From: an uncultured delta proteobacterium
GTDB lineage: Bacteria; Myxococcota; Myxococcia; Myxococcales; Myxococcaceae
Length of the DNA stretch: 64,000 nucleotides
Reading direction: 5' to 3'
Assembly (NCBI GenBank): GCA_963771175.1
Contig: CAVYSY010000026.1
Coordinates: forward strand, 288,001 to 352,000
The notes beneath the pieces are model-generated. The model did no database searches and was not told where the DNA came from. It saw nothing but the letters and a program-made list of their open reading frames with translations. A program made the translations under genes and the position numbers. This document shows, one piece after another, positions 1-11,207 of this stretch; the stretch's first letter is position 1, and every line of letters begins with the position of its first letter.

Positions 1-110
1 CCCACCCCCCCGTGGACCCCTCCCCATTCCGTCTTGCGATACCCCTGCTTTTTCCCAAAAATACCGCCGCCCAGGGCGACCCAGGGCTTTCACTCGCGCG
101 GAGCTGGCTC

Positions 111-890
111 ATGAAGAGGTTGGAGAACAAGGTCGCCGTCATCACCGGCGGTGGCAGCGGGATTGGCGCGGCGACGGCGAAGCTGTTCCTGCAGGAGGGA
201 GCCCGGGTGCTGATCGTGGGCCGCACCGAGGAGAAGCTCCGCAAGACGGTCCAAGAGCTCAACCACGAGAATCTCGGCTACGCGGTGGCGGACGTGTCGA
301 AGGTCGACGACACGAAGCGCTACTTCCAGCTCGCGTCGGAGCGCTATGGCGGCATCGACGTGCTGGTGGGCAACGCGGGCGTCGAGGGCCCCTACATGCC
401 CATCGACGAGCACTCCGTGGAGGACTTCGACCAGGTGATGGCCGTCAACGTGCGCGGCTGCTGGTTGTCCGTCAAATACGCGTTCCCCGAGATGCGCAAG
501 CGCGGAGGCGGGAGCATCATCCTCACCTCGTCGGTCGTGGGTATCTCCTCGTTGCCGGCCAACTCGTCGTACACCGCCGCCAAGCACGCGGTGGTGGGCC
601 TGGCGCGCTCGCTGGCGCATGACGGCGCGCCGTTCAACATCCGGGTGAACGCGGTGTGCCCGGGCGTCATCGACAACGCCATGACGGCGGCGATCCACAC
701 GCGGCTCGCGCCCGGCAACGAGGATCAGGTGAAGGCCCGGATGGCCTCGCGCGTCCCCATGGGGCGCTACGGGACCAGCGAGGAGATCGCCCACCTGAAC
801 CTCTTCCTCGCCAGTGACGAGAGCAGCTACAGCACGGGCGGGGTGTTCGTGGCGGACGGTGGCATGTCGGCCGGCCTCAGAGGCCGGTAA
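111..890 (+). CDS. SDR family NAD(P)-dependent oxidoreductase
   Basis: TGGGSGIG Rossmann motif, NAG, YTAAK catalytic motif, NAVCPG; ATG at 111. Confidence 0.92.
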   Translation: MKRLENKVAVITGGGSGIGAATAKLFLQEGARVLIVGRTEEKLRKTVQELNHENLGYAVADVSKVDDTKRYFQLASERYGGIDVLVGNAGVEGPYMPIDEHSVEDFDQVMAVNVRGCWLSVKYAFPEMRKRGGGSIILTSSVVGISSLPANSSYTAAKHAVVGLARSLAHDGAPFNIRVNAVCPGVIDNAMTAAIHTRLAPGNEDQVKARMASRVPMGRYGTSEEIAHLNLFLASDESSYSTGGVFVADGGMSAGLRGR

Positions 891-1699
891 CTCCCCCGGT
901 CGCCGAGCGCGCGTCGAAGCCCCGGGCCAGGCGTCGGCGATCCTCCTGGTATCGCCGGAGCACCCACTGGCCCGCCGGCCGCGCCAGCACGGCGGCGCGC
1001 AGTCTCGGCGATGGCGGGCGGAACCACCTCGCCGGGCCGGAGCGCGTAGGGAGAGCCCTCCGGGGCGAGCAGCGGGCCGTAGAGCGACGCCGCGGCGAGG
1101 TCCGCGATCGACAGCGAGGAGCCGACCAGGTAGCGCGAGGGGTCCCCTTGAATCTCGCGCTCCAGCCGCTCGAGCCCCTCCAGCAGCTTCACCCGGGACT
1201 CTTCCACCTTCGGAGGGGTGAGCTGGTACTGGCGCCGGATGACCTGCTTGATGACGGGAAGCAGCGCGCGCCCGAGCAGCCGCAGCGGCGTGGGGAAACC
1301 GCCGAACATGAGCGGTGCGATGTCCGCGTTACCTGCGAAGAGGTGCGCATAAGCCCAGCGACGGACGTGCTTGCCGGCCGTCTCGTCGAAGTAGGCCTCC
1401 AGCTCGAGGACGCGCTCGCGCTCGGAGCCGGTGACAGGCACCAGGGCGGGAGTCGACGGGTAGGTGCGCTCCAGGTGCAGGGCGATTTCGGTGGAGTCCG
1501 CGACGACGACGCCCCTGTCCACCAGCACGGGCACGGTGCCACGACCGCCCTTGGTGAGGCGCTTCGTCACCATGCGGTGCGCGCCGGGCATCAGGTTCTC
1601 GATGTCGTAGGAGAGCCCCTTGGCATCGAGGTTCCAACGGGTCTTCTCGCAGTAGTGCGAGATGGGGAACTGGTAGAGCTTGCGTTCGGTCTGGGGCAT
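827..1699 (-). CDS. Glutathione S-transferase family protein (3' end probably frameshifted near 1000)
   Basis: LYQFPISHYCEKTRWNL N-terminus, TVPVLVD and DSTEIA motifs, YLVGSSLSIADL in the C-domain; an alternative frame continues ARPAGQWVLRRY. Confidence 0.85.
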   Translation of the reverse strand: MPQTERKLYQFPISHYCEKTRWNLDAKGLSYDIENLMPGAHRMVTKRLTKGGRGTVPVLVDRGVVVADSTEIALHLERTYPSTPALVPVTGSERERVLELEAYFDETAGKHVRRWAYAHLFAGNADIAPLMFGGFPTPLRLLGRALLPVIKQVIRRQYQLTPPKVEESRVKLLEGLERLEREIQGDPSRYLVGSSLSIADLAAASLYGPLLAPEGSPYALRPGEVVPPAIAETARRRAGAAGGPVGAPAIPGGSPTPGPGLRRALGDRGSYRPLRPADMPPSATNTPPVL

Positions 1700-1967
1700 G
1701 TCGGGAGCCTCGGGAGATAGCGCCGGGCGAGCATGCCGTTCTCACGCCCTCCGGTACAGCCGGCCGAGCCTCCACCCCGTCATCAACTCGCGGTGATGGA
1801 TTCGCGCCCATGACGAGGGGACCCTGGGGCTGTGCAGCCTCGTGCACGTCCTCGCGCGCCTGTCTTCGGGACTCCGGGGGTTTGCATGGAGGGCACGAGG
1901 GTTGCTCTGCTGCACCCGCGCCCGCCGCCGTGTGCAGCCGGGCACCCACTCAAAGGAACAATCCCCC

Positions 1968-2780
1968 ATGCGAATCCGCGCCTGCCTCACCCTTGCCCTC
2001 GCCGTCCTCGCCACCGCCTGCGATCGGGAACCGCCCACGAAGGAGGAGATCGAAGATGCCCGCGCGCGAGTGGATCTGGCCGTGCGCGCGGCCCACCAGG
2101 CGCGCATGGCGCTCGAGCTGCTCGGAATCCTTCCCGTCTACACCTGCGGCGAGCCCCGGCGCACCTTCGTGGGCAAGGCCGCCGAGGGCGCCCACACGAA
2201 GGTGGCCTGCGTCACCGCCACCGTCGAGTCCCAGGGCGACACCTCGGACGCGGTGGTGCTCTCCTTCCCCGAGAGCCAGTGCTCCGTGAACGGGCACACC
2301 GTGGTGGGACAGAGCGCCTTCCTCTACAACGGGGGCGAGGAGCGGATGGACCTCTTCGCCGATCTGAACGGGCTGAGGGTGGATGGCGAGCCGCTCCAGG
2401 CCAAGGTGGGATACGGCACCTGCGGCGACGAGAAGCGCTTCTGGACCGAGACCTTTGGCGAGCTGCCGGGCCGCTCCGGCAACAGCTACCGCGTGGACGG
2501 GCGCGTGGGCCTGCGCGAGGGCGCCCCCCTCTTCGGTAGCACCACGCTCGTGTTCGACGGGCCGGGCGAGGTGTCCGGGCCGCTGGGCACCGACCGCGTC
2601 ACCTTCACCGGGTTGCAGTACGAGGTGGGCGAGTACCTCCCCAAGGAGGGCGAGGCGCTCGTGGAGACCGCCAAGGGCCACCGGGTGAAGGTGAACTTCA
2701 GCTCGGTGCTCTGGCGCCTGGGCAAGGTGGAGGTGGAGATCGACGAGAAGGCCCCGGTGACGGTCCCCATCGTCCGCTGA
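1968..2780 (+). CDS. Hypothetical lipoprotein
   Basis: Signal peptide with lipobox LATA-C; GC3-rich codon usage. Confidence 0.75.
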   Translation: MRIRACLTLALAVLATACDREPPTKEEIEDARARVDLAVRAAHQARMALELLGILPVYTCGEPRRTFVGKAAEGAHTKVACVTATVESQGDTSDAVVLSFPESQCSVNGHTVVGQSAFLYNGGEERMDLFADLNGLRVDGEPLQAKVGYGTCGDEKRFWTETFGELPGRSGNSYRVDGRVGLREGAPLFGSTTLVFDGPGEVSGPLGTDRVTFTGLQYEVGEYLPKEGEALVETAKGHRVKVNFSSVLWRLGKVEVEIDEKAPVTVPIVR

Positions 2781-2804
2781 GCCCGAAGTGATAGATTCGG
2801 CGGC

Positions 2805-3239
2805 ATGACCGCCCCCGATTCCCGCCCCGCCCCCGGCCTGCTCGCCCGTGCCCTCAAGACGGTCGGGCGGCTCACCAGCCCGGAGACCCGCTCGGGCCAG
2901 GCCTTCTCCAAGGCCGAGCAGGGTCTCACCCAGGTGGCCGCGCGCCTGGCCGAGAGTCCCACCTTCCTGCGCGTCAGCGGGGGGCTCATGCGCCGCGGCT
3001 TCACCCTGCAGATCCGCCGCGCTTCACTGATGGAGAAGACGCTGCACACGCTGCGCGTGCCCACCTCCTCCGAGGTCGAGACCCTGCGCGACCAGCTCCG
3101 CCGCATGGGCGACCAGGTGGAGGCGCTCGGCTCGCAGCTCGAGCACGTCGTCGAGCTGCTGGAGCGCCAGGAGCCGCCGCCGCCCACCGCCGACACGGCG
3201 CCCGTCCCCCGCCGCCGTCGGACCAGCTCCGCCAGGTAG
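2805..3239 (+). CDS. Small PhaE-like protein (putative partner subunit of class III PHA synthase)
   Basis: C-terminal LRVPTSSEVETLRDQL plus coiled coil resembles the PhaE C-terminal motif; lies directly upstream of phaC. Confidence 0.55.
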   Translation: MTAPDSRPAPGLLARALKTVGRLTSPETRSGQAFSKAEQGLTQVAARLAESPTFLRVSGGLMRRGFTLQIRRASLMEKTLHTLRVPTSSEVETLRDQLRRMGDQVEALGSQLEHVVELLERQEPPPPTADTAPVPRRRRTSSAR

Positions 3240-3278
3240 GTCTCTGGCCCCCATGTCGCCCCTCCCCGGAGTTCTCTC

Positions 3279-4420
3279 GTGAATCGGCCCGCCCAAGCCT
3301 TCCAGCGAATCCGCTCGATCGTGTCGTCGCAGGTGGACGTCTCGCGCTCGCTCGCCCAGGCGCTGCAAGAGCGCTCCATCAACCCGTACCCGTACCTCAA
3401 GCCCATCATCGAGAAGGCGGCCAACGTCCGCGAGCCGCCCATCAGCGCCACCCCGCACTCGGTGGTGCACACGCGCGGCCCCATGCGGCTGTTGCGCTAC
3501 GCCGCGCCCCGGCGGCGTTACCGGACGCCCATCCTCTTCATCTACTCGCTCATCAACCGCTGGTACATCCTCGACTTCCTGCCCGGCCGCAGCCTCATCG
3601 AGTACCTCACCCAGGAGGGCTATCGACGTCTACGCCATCGACTGGGGCATCGCCGGGCCGGACGAGCACCGTCTCACCCTGAGCGAGCTGCTCGGCGGCC
3701 ATATCCGCACCGCCGTGCGCTGGACGCAGCGCGTGAGTGGCAGCGACGACGTGACGCTCTACGGCTACTGCATGGGCGGCACCATGGCGCTGGCCTACAC
3801 CTCGCTCTACCCCGAGGGCGTGCGCAACCTCGTGGTGCAGGCCACCCCGGTGGACTTCAGCAAGGGCGGCATCTACTCGCTGTGGACGCTGCCGCGGCAC
3901 TTCGACGTGGACTCGCTGGTGGACGCCTACGGCAACGTGCCCACCTACGTGCTGGAGAGCGGCTTCTTCATGGCGGGGCCCGTGCAGCGCATCACCAAGT
4001 GGCTCGACGTCTGCCGGCAGATCGACGACCCGGGCTTCGTCACCACCTTCCTCGCGCTGGAGCGCTGGGGCGCGGACCCGGTGCCCTTCCCGGGCGAGGT
4101 CTACCGGCAGTACATGAAGGACTGCTACCAGCAGAACCTCTTCTGCCAGAACCGCATGGAGGTGGGGGGCGAGCGCGTGGACCTGGGCCGCATCCGGTGC
4201 CCCGTGCTCAACATCATCGCGGAGCACGACAACATCGCCCCGCCGGCCATGAGCGAGCCGCTGCTGGAGCTGCTGGTGGGCACGAAGGACCGCGAGACGA
4301 TGCGCTTCCCGGTGGGCCACATCGGCCTGTCGGCATCCAGCAAGGCCCCGGTGAAGGTGTGGCCGCGCATCTCCGCGTGGATGGGCCGGCGTTCGCAGTC
4401 GATGACTGGAGGGAGAATGA
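3279..4420 (+). CDS. phaC: Class III poly(3-hydroxyalkanoate) synthase PhaC (frameshift near 3622)
   Basis: TP..VV, PILFIYSLINRWYILD, IDWG, GYCMGG catalytic Cys box, EHDNIAPP Asp and GHIG His; split across ORFs 3279 and 3715. Confidence 0.8.
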
Positions 4421-5316
4421 ACGTGGCGAGGGTTCAGGAGGCGGGGCCTCAGGTGCGGGAGGGCTCCATCCGGCTGCGCGATGGGCGCCGGCTGGCGTAC
4501 GTCGAGGCGGGGGACCTGGAGGGGACGCCGGTCATCTTCATCCATGGCAACCCCGGCTCGCGCTACATGCGGCACCCGGATGACCGGCTCACGTACAACC
4601 TGGGCGTGCGGCTCATCACCCCGGATCGCCCGGGCTATGGGCTGTCGGAATTCCAGCGGGGACGCACCCTGCTGGACATGCCGGCGGACATCGAGCAACT
4701 GGCCAACGCGCTGGGCCTGGGCCGCTTCGCCGTCATGGGCGTGTCCGCGGGAGGACCCTACGTGGCGGCCTGCGCGTACCGTCTGGGCGAGCGGCTCACG
4801 GGTGCGGCCATCATCTCCGGCTCCGCGCCCTTCAACCGCTCCGGGGCCGTGGAGGGCGTCAACCGGGACTACCGCACCGCCTACGCGATGGCCACCTGGC
4901 CCCACTGGCTGCTGGAGCCGATCATGACGCTGCACGACCGGACCGTGCGCCGCCGGCCGGACCGGGCCTTCGCCGCGGTGCTTGAGCACTGCTCGGCCGA
5001 TGACCGGGCCGTGCTGTCGGATCCGCTCATCGGCGCCCAGGTGCAGAACTTCCGCACCGAGGCCACGCGACAGGGAGTGCATGGCATGGCGAGAGAGGCC
5101 CGGCTACTCACCATGCCCTGGGGCTTCCCACTCGGAGACATCCGCGTGCCGGTGCACCTCTGGTACTGGGAGGGAGACACCATCGTGCCGCAGCAGATGG
5201 GGCGCTACCTGCACGCGCGCATCCCGAACACGGTGCCCCACTTCCTGCCCGGCGGAGGACACTTCTCCATCTATACGCACTGGAGGGACATCCTCACGGC
5301 GCTGGTGCGTGGCTGA
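4417..5316 (+). CDS. Alpha/beta fold hydrolase
   Basis: HGNPGSR, PDRPGYG, GVSAGG nucleophile elbow, D and GGGH; SD-like GGAGGGAG before ATG 4417. Confidence 0.85.
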   Translation: MNVARVQEAGPQVREGSIRLRDGRRLAYVEAGDLEGTPVIFIHGNPGSRYMRHPDDRLTYNLGVRLITPDRPGYGLSEFQRGRTLLDMPADIEQLANALGLGRFAVMGVSAGGPYVAACAYRLGERLTGAAIISGSAPFNRSGAVEGVNRDYRTAYAMATWPHWLLEPIMTLHDRTVRRRPDRAFAAVLEHCSADDRAVLSDPLIGAQVQNFRTEATRQGVHGMAREARLLTMPWGFPLGDIRVPVHLWYWEGDTIVPQQMGRYLHARIPNTVPHFLPGGGHFSIYTHWRDILTALVRG

Positions 5317-5382
5317 CGGGAACCGGGGCGCGGTTCCGCTTCCTCCGTGAGGCCGCGCCCGATCTCCGCTAGCCTCCGGAGC

Positions 5383-6648
<1,266 letters not shown>

Positions 6649-6653
6649 TCCTT

Positions 6654-6678
6654 TCCCTGGAGACCAGGCCTCCAGGGA
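6654..6678 (+). terminator. GC-rich hairpin after the aminotransferase
   Basis: tccctggag-accaggc-ctccaggga, 9-bp inverted repeat 5 nt after the stop codon; no U-tract. Confidence 0.45.
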
Positions 6679-7106
6679 GGCACTGCTTCGGCGGTACGGC
6701 GGGTGCTGGTTCGAGCTGCGGCGGCGTCACGATTCAAGCCCATCACGGCTCCACGCGTCGGCTCCGCCGCGCTCACAAGCCTCAGCGGGGCAACTCCATT
6801 TTGGTGGGTGGCATGAGAGGTGCCCTGCGGGCTCGTGGGGCATGACCGCCGCGAGCCGCCTGCTGGAGGCCCACGGCCGACGCTGGAACGAGGGCTGAGT
6901 CCGAGAGTGGACATGGGGTCACTCGCATGAGGAGGGGGCAGGCGGCCCCCCGGAGTGTGTCCGGGCCCCGCCCCTGCCCCGCAGTCCGTCACATCCCGAG
7001 ACCCCACCCTCCACCTTCGCAGCAGGAGGCGGAAGCTCGGAATGACTGGGACGCAGCAGCCTCCTGAGCAGCACTCGGTCCCGCTAAACCAGGAGCAACC
7101 AAGACC

Positions 7107-8600
7107 ATGTTGCACGGTGAAACCCACGTCCGCGGTGTCGATCCGCACCAACTGCAGTCTCCTCTCCAATCGCAGTTTCACGCCCGGGGGCGCTTCGGCC
7201 GACTCTTTCCGGGACTACCGGCATTCGCTCCCGACAATCCGGTGATCCAGGGGAAGCTCATGGATCTCGGTGCCGCTGGCGGACCGATGGACGGCACCAC
7301 CGCCGAGCTCAACCCCGACAACCTGAAGATCCCCGCGGGCTTCACGTTCCTCGGGCAGTTCCTCGACCACGACCTGACGTTCGACCCGACCTCCAGCCTG
7401 GAGCGGCAGAACGACCCGGAGGCCCTCGAGAACTTCCGCACGCCGTCGTTCGAGCTGGACCACGTGTACGCATCCGGCCCCCGGGCCTCACGCCACCTCT
7501 ACGACGTCAACGACCCGGACAAGTTCCTCGTCGAGAAGCTCGGTGGGCCGGACTCGCAGGATGACCTGCCGCGCAACAGCCAGAATACCGGGCTCATCGG
7601 CGACCCGCGCAACGACGAGAACGTCATCGTCTCGCAGCTCCACGTCGCGTTCCTGAAGTTCCACAACGCGCTCGTCAACCAACTGCGCGCCGACGGCATC
7701 GACAAGTCGCAGGTCTTCGCCCAGGCCCAGCGGATGACGCGCTGGCACTACCAGTGGATCATCGTCAACGAGTTCCTCCCGCTCATCGCCGGGGAGTCGG
7801 TGGTGAAGGACGTGCTGCGCATGCACCCGCGTGATCGGCTCTACCAGTGGAGGAACGAGCCCTTCATCCCGGTGGAGTTCTCGGTCGCGGCCTACCGCTT
7901 CGGGCACAGCCAGGTGCGCCCGGGCTACCGGCTCAACAACTCCTTCATCAACCCGGCCCCCGCCGGGCCGGGCTTCGCCGCGGGCTTCTTCGGCCCCACC
8001 GCCGAGCCTCCGCTCGACGATCCGAACGACCTGCGCGGAGGCAAGCGCGCCCCGCGGCGGTTCGTGGAGTGGGAGAACTTCTTCTCCGCCGGAGACCCCG
8101 CTCGGCGCCAGAACAGCAAGAAGCTCGACACCCGGCTGTCCTCCCCGCTCTTCGTGATGCCCGCGGGGGCGCCGGGCACGCTGGGCGCGGCGGACGCGGG
8201 CACGGCCAAGAACCCCGTCTCGCTCGCGCAGCGCAACTTGCTGCGGAGCCTCGCCTTCAGCCTGCCCTCGGGTCAGGCCATGGCCCAGCGGGTAGGCGTC
8301 AAGGTCCTGAAGCCCGACGTGTTCGAGGACCTGAGGACGATCAGCCCCGGGTTCGACCGCGCCACCCCGCCCTGGTTCTACATGCTGCGCGAGGCGAGCG
8401 AGCTCAACAAGGGCGAGCGGCTCGGCCCCTTGGGAGCGCGCATCGTGGCCGAGGTCTTCATCGGCGTGCTCCAGGGCGACCGGTTCTCGTTCCTCAACGC
8501 CAACCCGAACTGGAGGCCGGAGCTCGGCAACGACAAGGGCGAGTTCTCCATCGTGGACCTGCTGAGGATCGCTGGCGCCAGGCTGACCGCGAACGGCTAG
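7107..8600 (+). CDS. Heme peroxidase (animal heme peroxidase / peroxidase-cyclooxygenase superfamily)
   Basis: GQFLDHD distal His, GDPRNDEN, FHN, WHYQW, AYRFGHSQVR proximal His, LGPLGARIVAEV. Confidence 0.9.
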   Translation: MLHGETHVRGVDPHQLQSPLQSQFHARGRFGRLFPGLPAFAPDNPVIQGKLMDLGAAGGPMDGTTAELNPDNLKIPAGFTFLGQFLDHDLTFDPTSSLERQNDPEALENFRTPSFELDHVYASGPRASRHLYDVNDPDKFLVEKLGGPDSQDDLPRNSQNTGLIGDPRNDENVIVSQLHVAFLKFHNALVNQLRADGIDKSQVFAQAQRMTRWHYQWIIVNEFLPLIAGESVVKDVLRMHPRDRLYQWRNEPFIPVEFSVAAYRFGHSQVRPGYRLNNSFINPAPAGPGFAAGFFGPTAEPPLDDPNDLRGGKRAPRRFVEWENFFSAGDPARRQNSKKLDTRLSSPLFVMPAGAPGTLGAADAGTAKNPVSLAQRNLLRSLAFSLPSGQAMAQRVGVKVLKPDVFEDLRTISPGFDRATPPWFYMLREASELNKGERLGPLGARIVAEVFIGVLQGDRFSFLNANPNWRPELGNDKGEFSIVDLLRIAGARLTANG

Positions 8601-8617
8601 CCCAACGCCCCCTGACC

Positions 8618-8644
8618 GGGGCCCCCCACGAGGGGGGCCCCTTT
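8618..8644 (+). terminator. Intrinsic terminator-like hairpin
   Basis: ggggcccccc-acga-ggggggcccc, perfect 10-bp stem followed by ttt. Confidence 0.7.
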
Positions 8645-8731
8645 CCATCGACTGGAGCAGGACGGATCATGTACGCACTCGAGCCCAGCCCCCCCTCGTC
8701 GATGCCGCACCGGAGCGGCGAGGCCCGCGCG

Positions 8732-9985
8732 ATGGAACTGCTGTGCATCGGCCTGTCCTACCGGACGGCGCCCGTGTCCATGCGCGAGCGGCTGGTGATG
8801 TCCGAGGAGCGGCGGACGGAGCTGCTGCGCGGGCTCGGGGAGGCGCCCACCGAGGCGCTGCTCATCTCCACCTGCAACCGGGTGGAGCTGTACCTGGCGG
8901 CGCCGGACGGGGCCCAGGCCCGCCAGCGCGCCCTGGAGGAGTTGAACCGGCTGGGAGGCCCCGAGGTGCTCGACCATCTGTACGAGCACCAGGGCGAGGC
9001 CGCGGTGACGCATCTCTTCCGGGTGGCCTCCAGCCTGGACTCCATGGTGCTGGGCGAGGCGCAGGTGTTGGGGCAGGTGAAGGACGCCCTGGAGCGGAGC
9101 CTGGCGGCGGGCACGGTGCGCGGCGAGCTGTCGCGCATGTTCGCCGCGGCCTTCCGGTGCGCCAAGCGGGTACGCACGGATACGGCCATCGGCATGGCGG
9201 CCACGTCCATGGCGAGCGCGGCCGTGTCCCTCGCCCGAACGGCCCACTGTGGGCTGGAGGGCAAGACGGTGCTGCTGGTGGGCGCGGGCGAGATGGCGGA
9301 ATTGGCGGCGCGGCACCTGGTGCAGGCACGGGCGGGCCGCATCCTGGTGGTCAACCGCACCCTGTCGCGCGCCGAGTCCCTGGCGGCCAGGGTGGGCGGC
9401 ACCGCGCGGCCCTTCGAGGAGCTGTTCTCGCTGCTCGCCACCACGGATGTGGTGGTGAGCGCCACCTCCTCGCCGGTGCCCCTCTTCACCCGCGAGAACA
9501 TGGCGGCGGTGCTCGAGGCGCGCGCGCACCGGCCCCTCGTCATGATGGACCTGGCCGTGCCGCACGACATCGCTCCCGAGGTCGGCGAGCTGGCGGGGGT
9601 GCGCATCCGTGACGTGGACGACCTCCAGCGGTTCGTGGCCGGCAACGAGGCGGCCCGCGCCGAGGCGGCCCGGAAGGCCGACGTGCTGGTGGCCGAGGAG
9701 GTGGCCCGTTTCGTGCGCGACCGGGCCGTGCGCGACGGGGTGCCCGTCCTCGCCCGGCTGCGCCAGCGCGCCGACGCCATCGCTCGCGCCGAAGTGGAGC
9801 GCACGCTCGCCACCCTCGGCGAGGGGCTCTCCGACAAGCAGCGCAAGAGTGTCGAGGCCATGGCGCGCGCCATCATCAACAAGCTGCTGCACGAGCCCAC
9901 GGCCCGGCTGCGGGCGTCAGGCGCCGAGCACGAGGACGCCCAGCTCGCGCGGACCGCCGCGGAACTCTTCGGCCTGCTCGGGTGA
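8732..9985 (+). CDS. hemA: Glutamyl-tRNA reductase
   Basis: GLSYRTAPV, STCNRVE catalytic Cys, LDSMVLGEAQ, GAGEMA NADPH site, DLAVPHDI, KLLHEP. Confidence 0.95.
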   Translation: MELLCIGLSYRTAPVSMRERLVMSEERRTELLRGLGEAPTEALLISTCNRVELYLAAPDGAQARQRALEELNRLGGPEVLDHLYEHQGEAAVTHLFRVASSLDSMVLGEAQVLGQVKDALERSLAAGTVRGELSRMFAAAFRCAKRVRTDTAIGMAATSMASAAVSLARTAHCGLEGKTVLLVGAGEMAELAARHLVQARAGRILVVNRTLSRAESLAARVGGTARPFEELFSLLATTDVVVSATSSPVPLFTRENMAAVLEARAHRPLVMMDLAVPHDIAPEVGELAGVRIRDVDDLQRFVAGNEAARAEAARKADVLVAEEVARFVRDRAVRDGVPVLARLRQRADAIARAEVERTLATLGEGLSDKQRKSVEAMARAIINKLLHEPTARLRASGAEHEDAQLARTAAELFGLLG

Positions 9986-10013
9986 GGGTAGAATCCCGCC
10001 CGAGAGGAACTCC

Positions 10014-11195
10014 ATGTCGACGACAGCCAACCCCGCTCCGGGCACCGGGCACCACCACGTCCTCATCGCCGGAGGAGGCATCGGCGGGCTCACGCTGGCC
10101 TGCGCGCTCCGCCGGGCCGGCATCCGCGCCACCGTCTTCGAGCGCGCCGAGGTCCTGCGTCCGGTGGGCGCGGGCATCACGGTGCAGATGAATGCCATGG
10201 CCGCCCTGCGCACCCTCGGGCTGGCCGACGAGGTGGCCGCGGCAGGTGCCACCTTCAACGCGGGAGACATGCGCCAGCCCTCCGGCAAGGTCCTCACGCA
10301 CTTCACCTTCGACGCGCTCCAGCGGGAGTTCGGCGTCCCGGTCATCGGAATCCACCGGGCGCGACTCCAGGCGGTGCTGCTCGCCCACGCCGGGGAGGAG
10401 CACGTCCACACGGGTCGCGCGGTGACGGCCGTCCACGATGACGGCCAGCAGGTGACGGTCGAGCTGTCGGACGGGAGCACCGCCACGGGAGACGTCCTGG
10501 TGGGCGCCGACGGACTGCACTCGGTGGTGCGCCGTGCGGTGCTCGGGGACACGCCACTGCGCTACTCGGGCTACACGAGCTGTCGCGGCATCACGCGGGC
10601 CGTTTCGCTCGTCGAGAACCCGGGCCACAACTGGGAGACGTGGGGCGCTGGTGCCCGCTTCGGCATCGTCCACATCGGGCACGGGGAGATCTACTGGTTC
10701 TGCACCTGGAACACGCCGGCTGGCGGCAAGAACGAGCCCGGCCGGGCCCAGGCGCGGCTGCTGGAGCTCTTCGGCGGCTGGCACGCCCCCATCCCGGGCC
10801 TCATCCAGTCCACCCCCGAGGAGAACATCATCCGCACGGACATCAACGACCGTGTCCCCGTGGAGCGCTGGAGCCAGGGCCGGGTGACGCTGCTGGGGGA
10901 CGCCGCGCACCCGATGACGCCCAACATGGGCCAGGGCGGCTGCCAGGCCATCGAGGACGCCGTGGTGCTCGCCGGCTGTCTGGCCCGGGAGGCGGAAGTT
11001 CCCGCGGCGCTCGCCGCGTACGAGCAGCGCCGCATCAAGCGCGCCAACGGCTTCGTGTCGCAGTCCTTCCAGCTCGGGCGCGCCGGCCAGATGGAGAACT
11101 CGGCCGGACGGTTCGTGCGCGACACGCTCACCCGGCTCGTGCCGACGAGTCTCACCGCCCGCCAGGTGCGGGCCGTGATGGACTTCACGCCCTGA
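10014..11195 (+). CDS. FAD-dependent monooxygenase (aromatic hydroxylase type)
   Basis: GGGIGG, GADG, LLGDAAHPMTPNMGQGGCQAIED. Confidence 0.92.
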   Translation: MSTTANPAPGTGHHHVLIAGGGIGGLTLACALRRAGIRATVFERAEVLRPVGAGITVQMNAMAALRTLGLADEVAAAGATFNAGDMRQPSGKVLTHFTFDALQREFGVPVIGIHRARLQAVLLAHAGEEHVHTGRAVTAVHDDGQQVTVELSDGSTATGDVLVGADGLHSVVRRAVLGDTPLRYSGYTSCRGITRAVSLVENPGHNWETWGAGARFGIVHIGHGEIYWFCTWNTPAGGKNEPGRAQARLLELFGGWHAPIPGLIQSTPEENIIRTDINDRVPVERWSQGRVTLLGDAAHPMTPNMGQGGCQAIEDAVVLAGCLAREAEVPAALAAYEQRRIKRANGFVSQSFQLGRAGQMENSAGRFVRDTLTRLVPTSLTARQVRAVMDFTP

Positions 11196-11207
11196 GCCGC
11201 GGACGCC

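Noticed and set aside
111..890. SDR as PhaB of the nearby phaC
   Set aside because: Generic SDR motifs, separated from phaC by unrelated and oppositely oriented genes
6680..7106. Riboswitch or sRNA upstream of the heme peroxidase
   Set aside because: Only weak GC-rich pairings; no recognisable aptamer consensus
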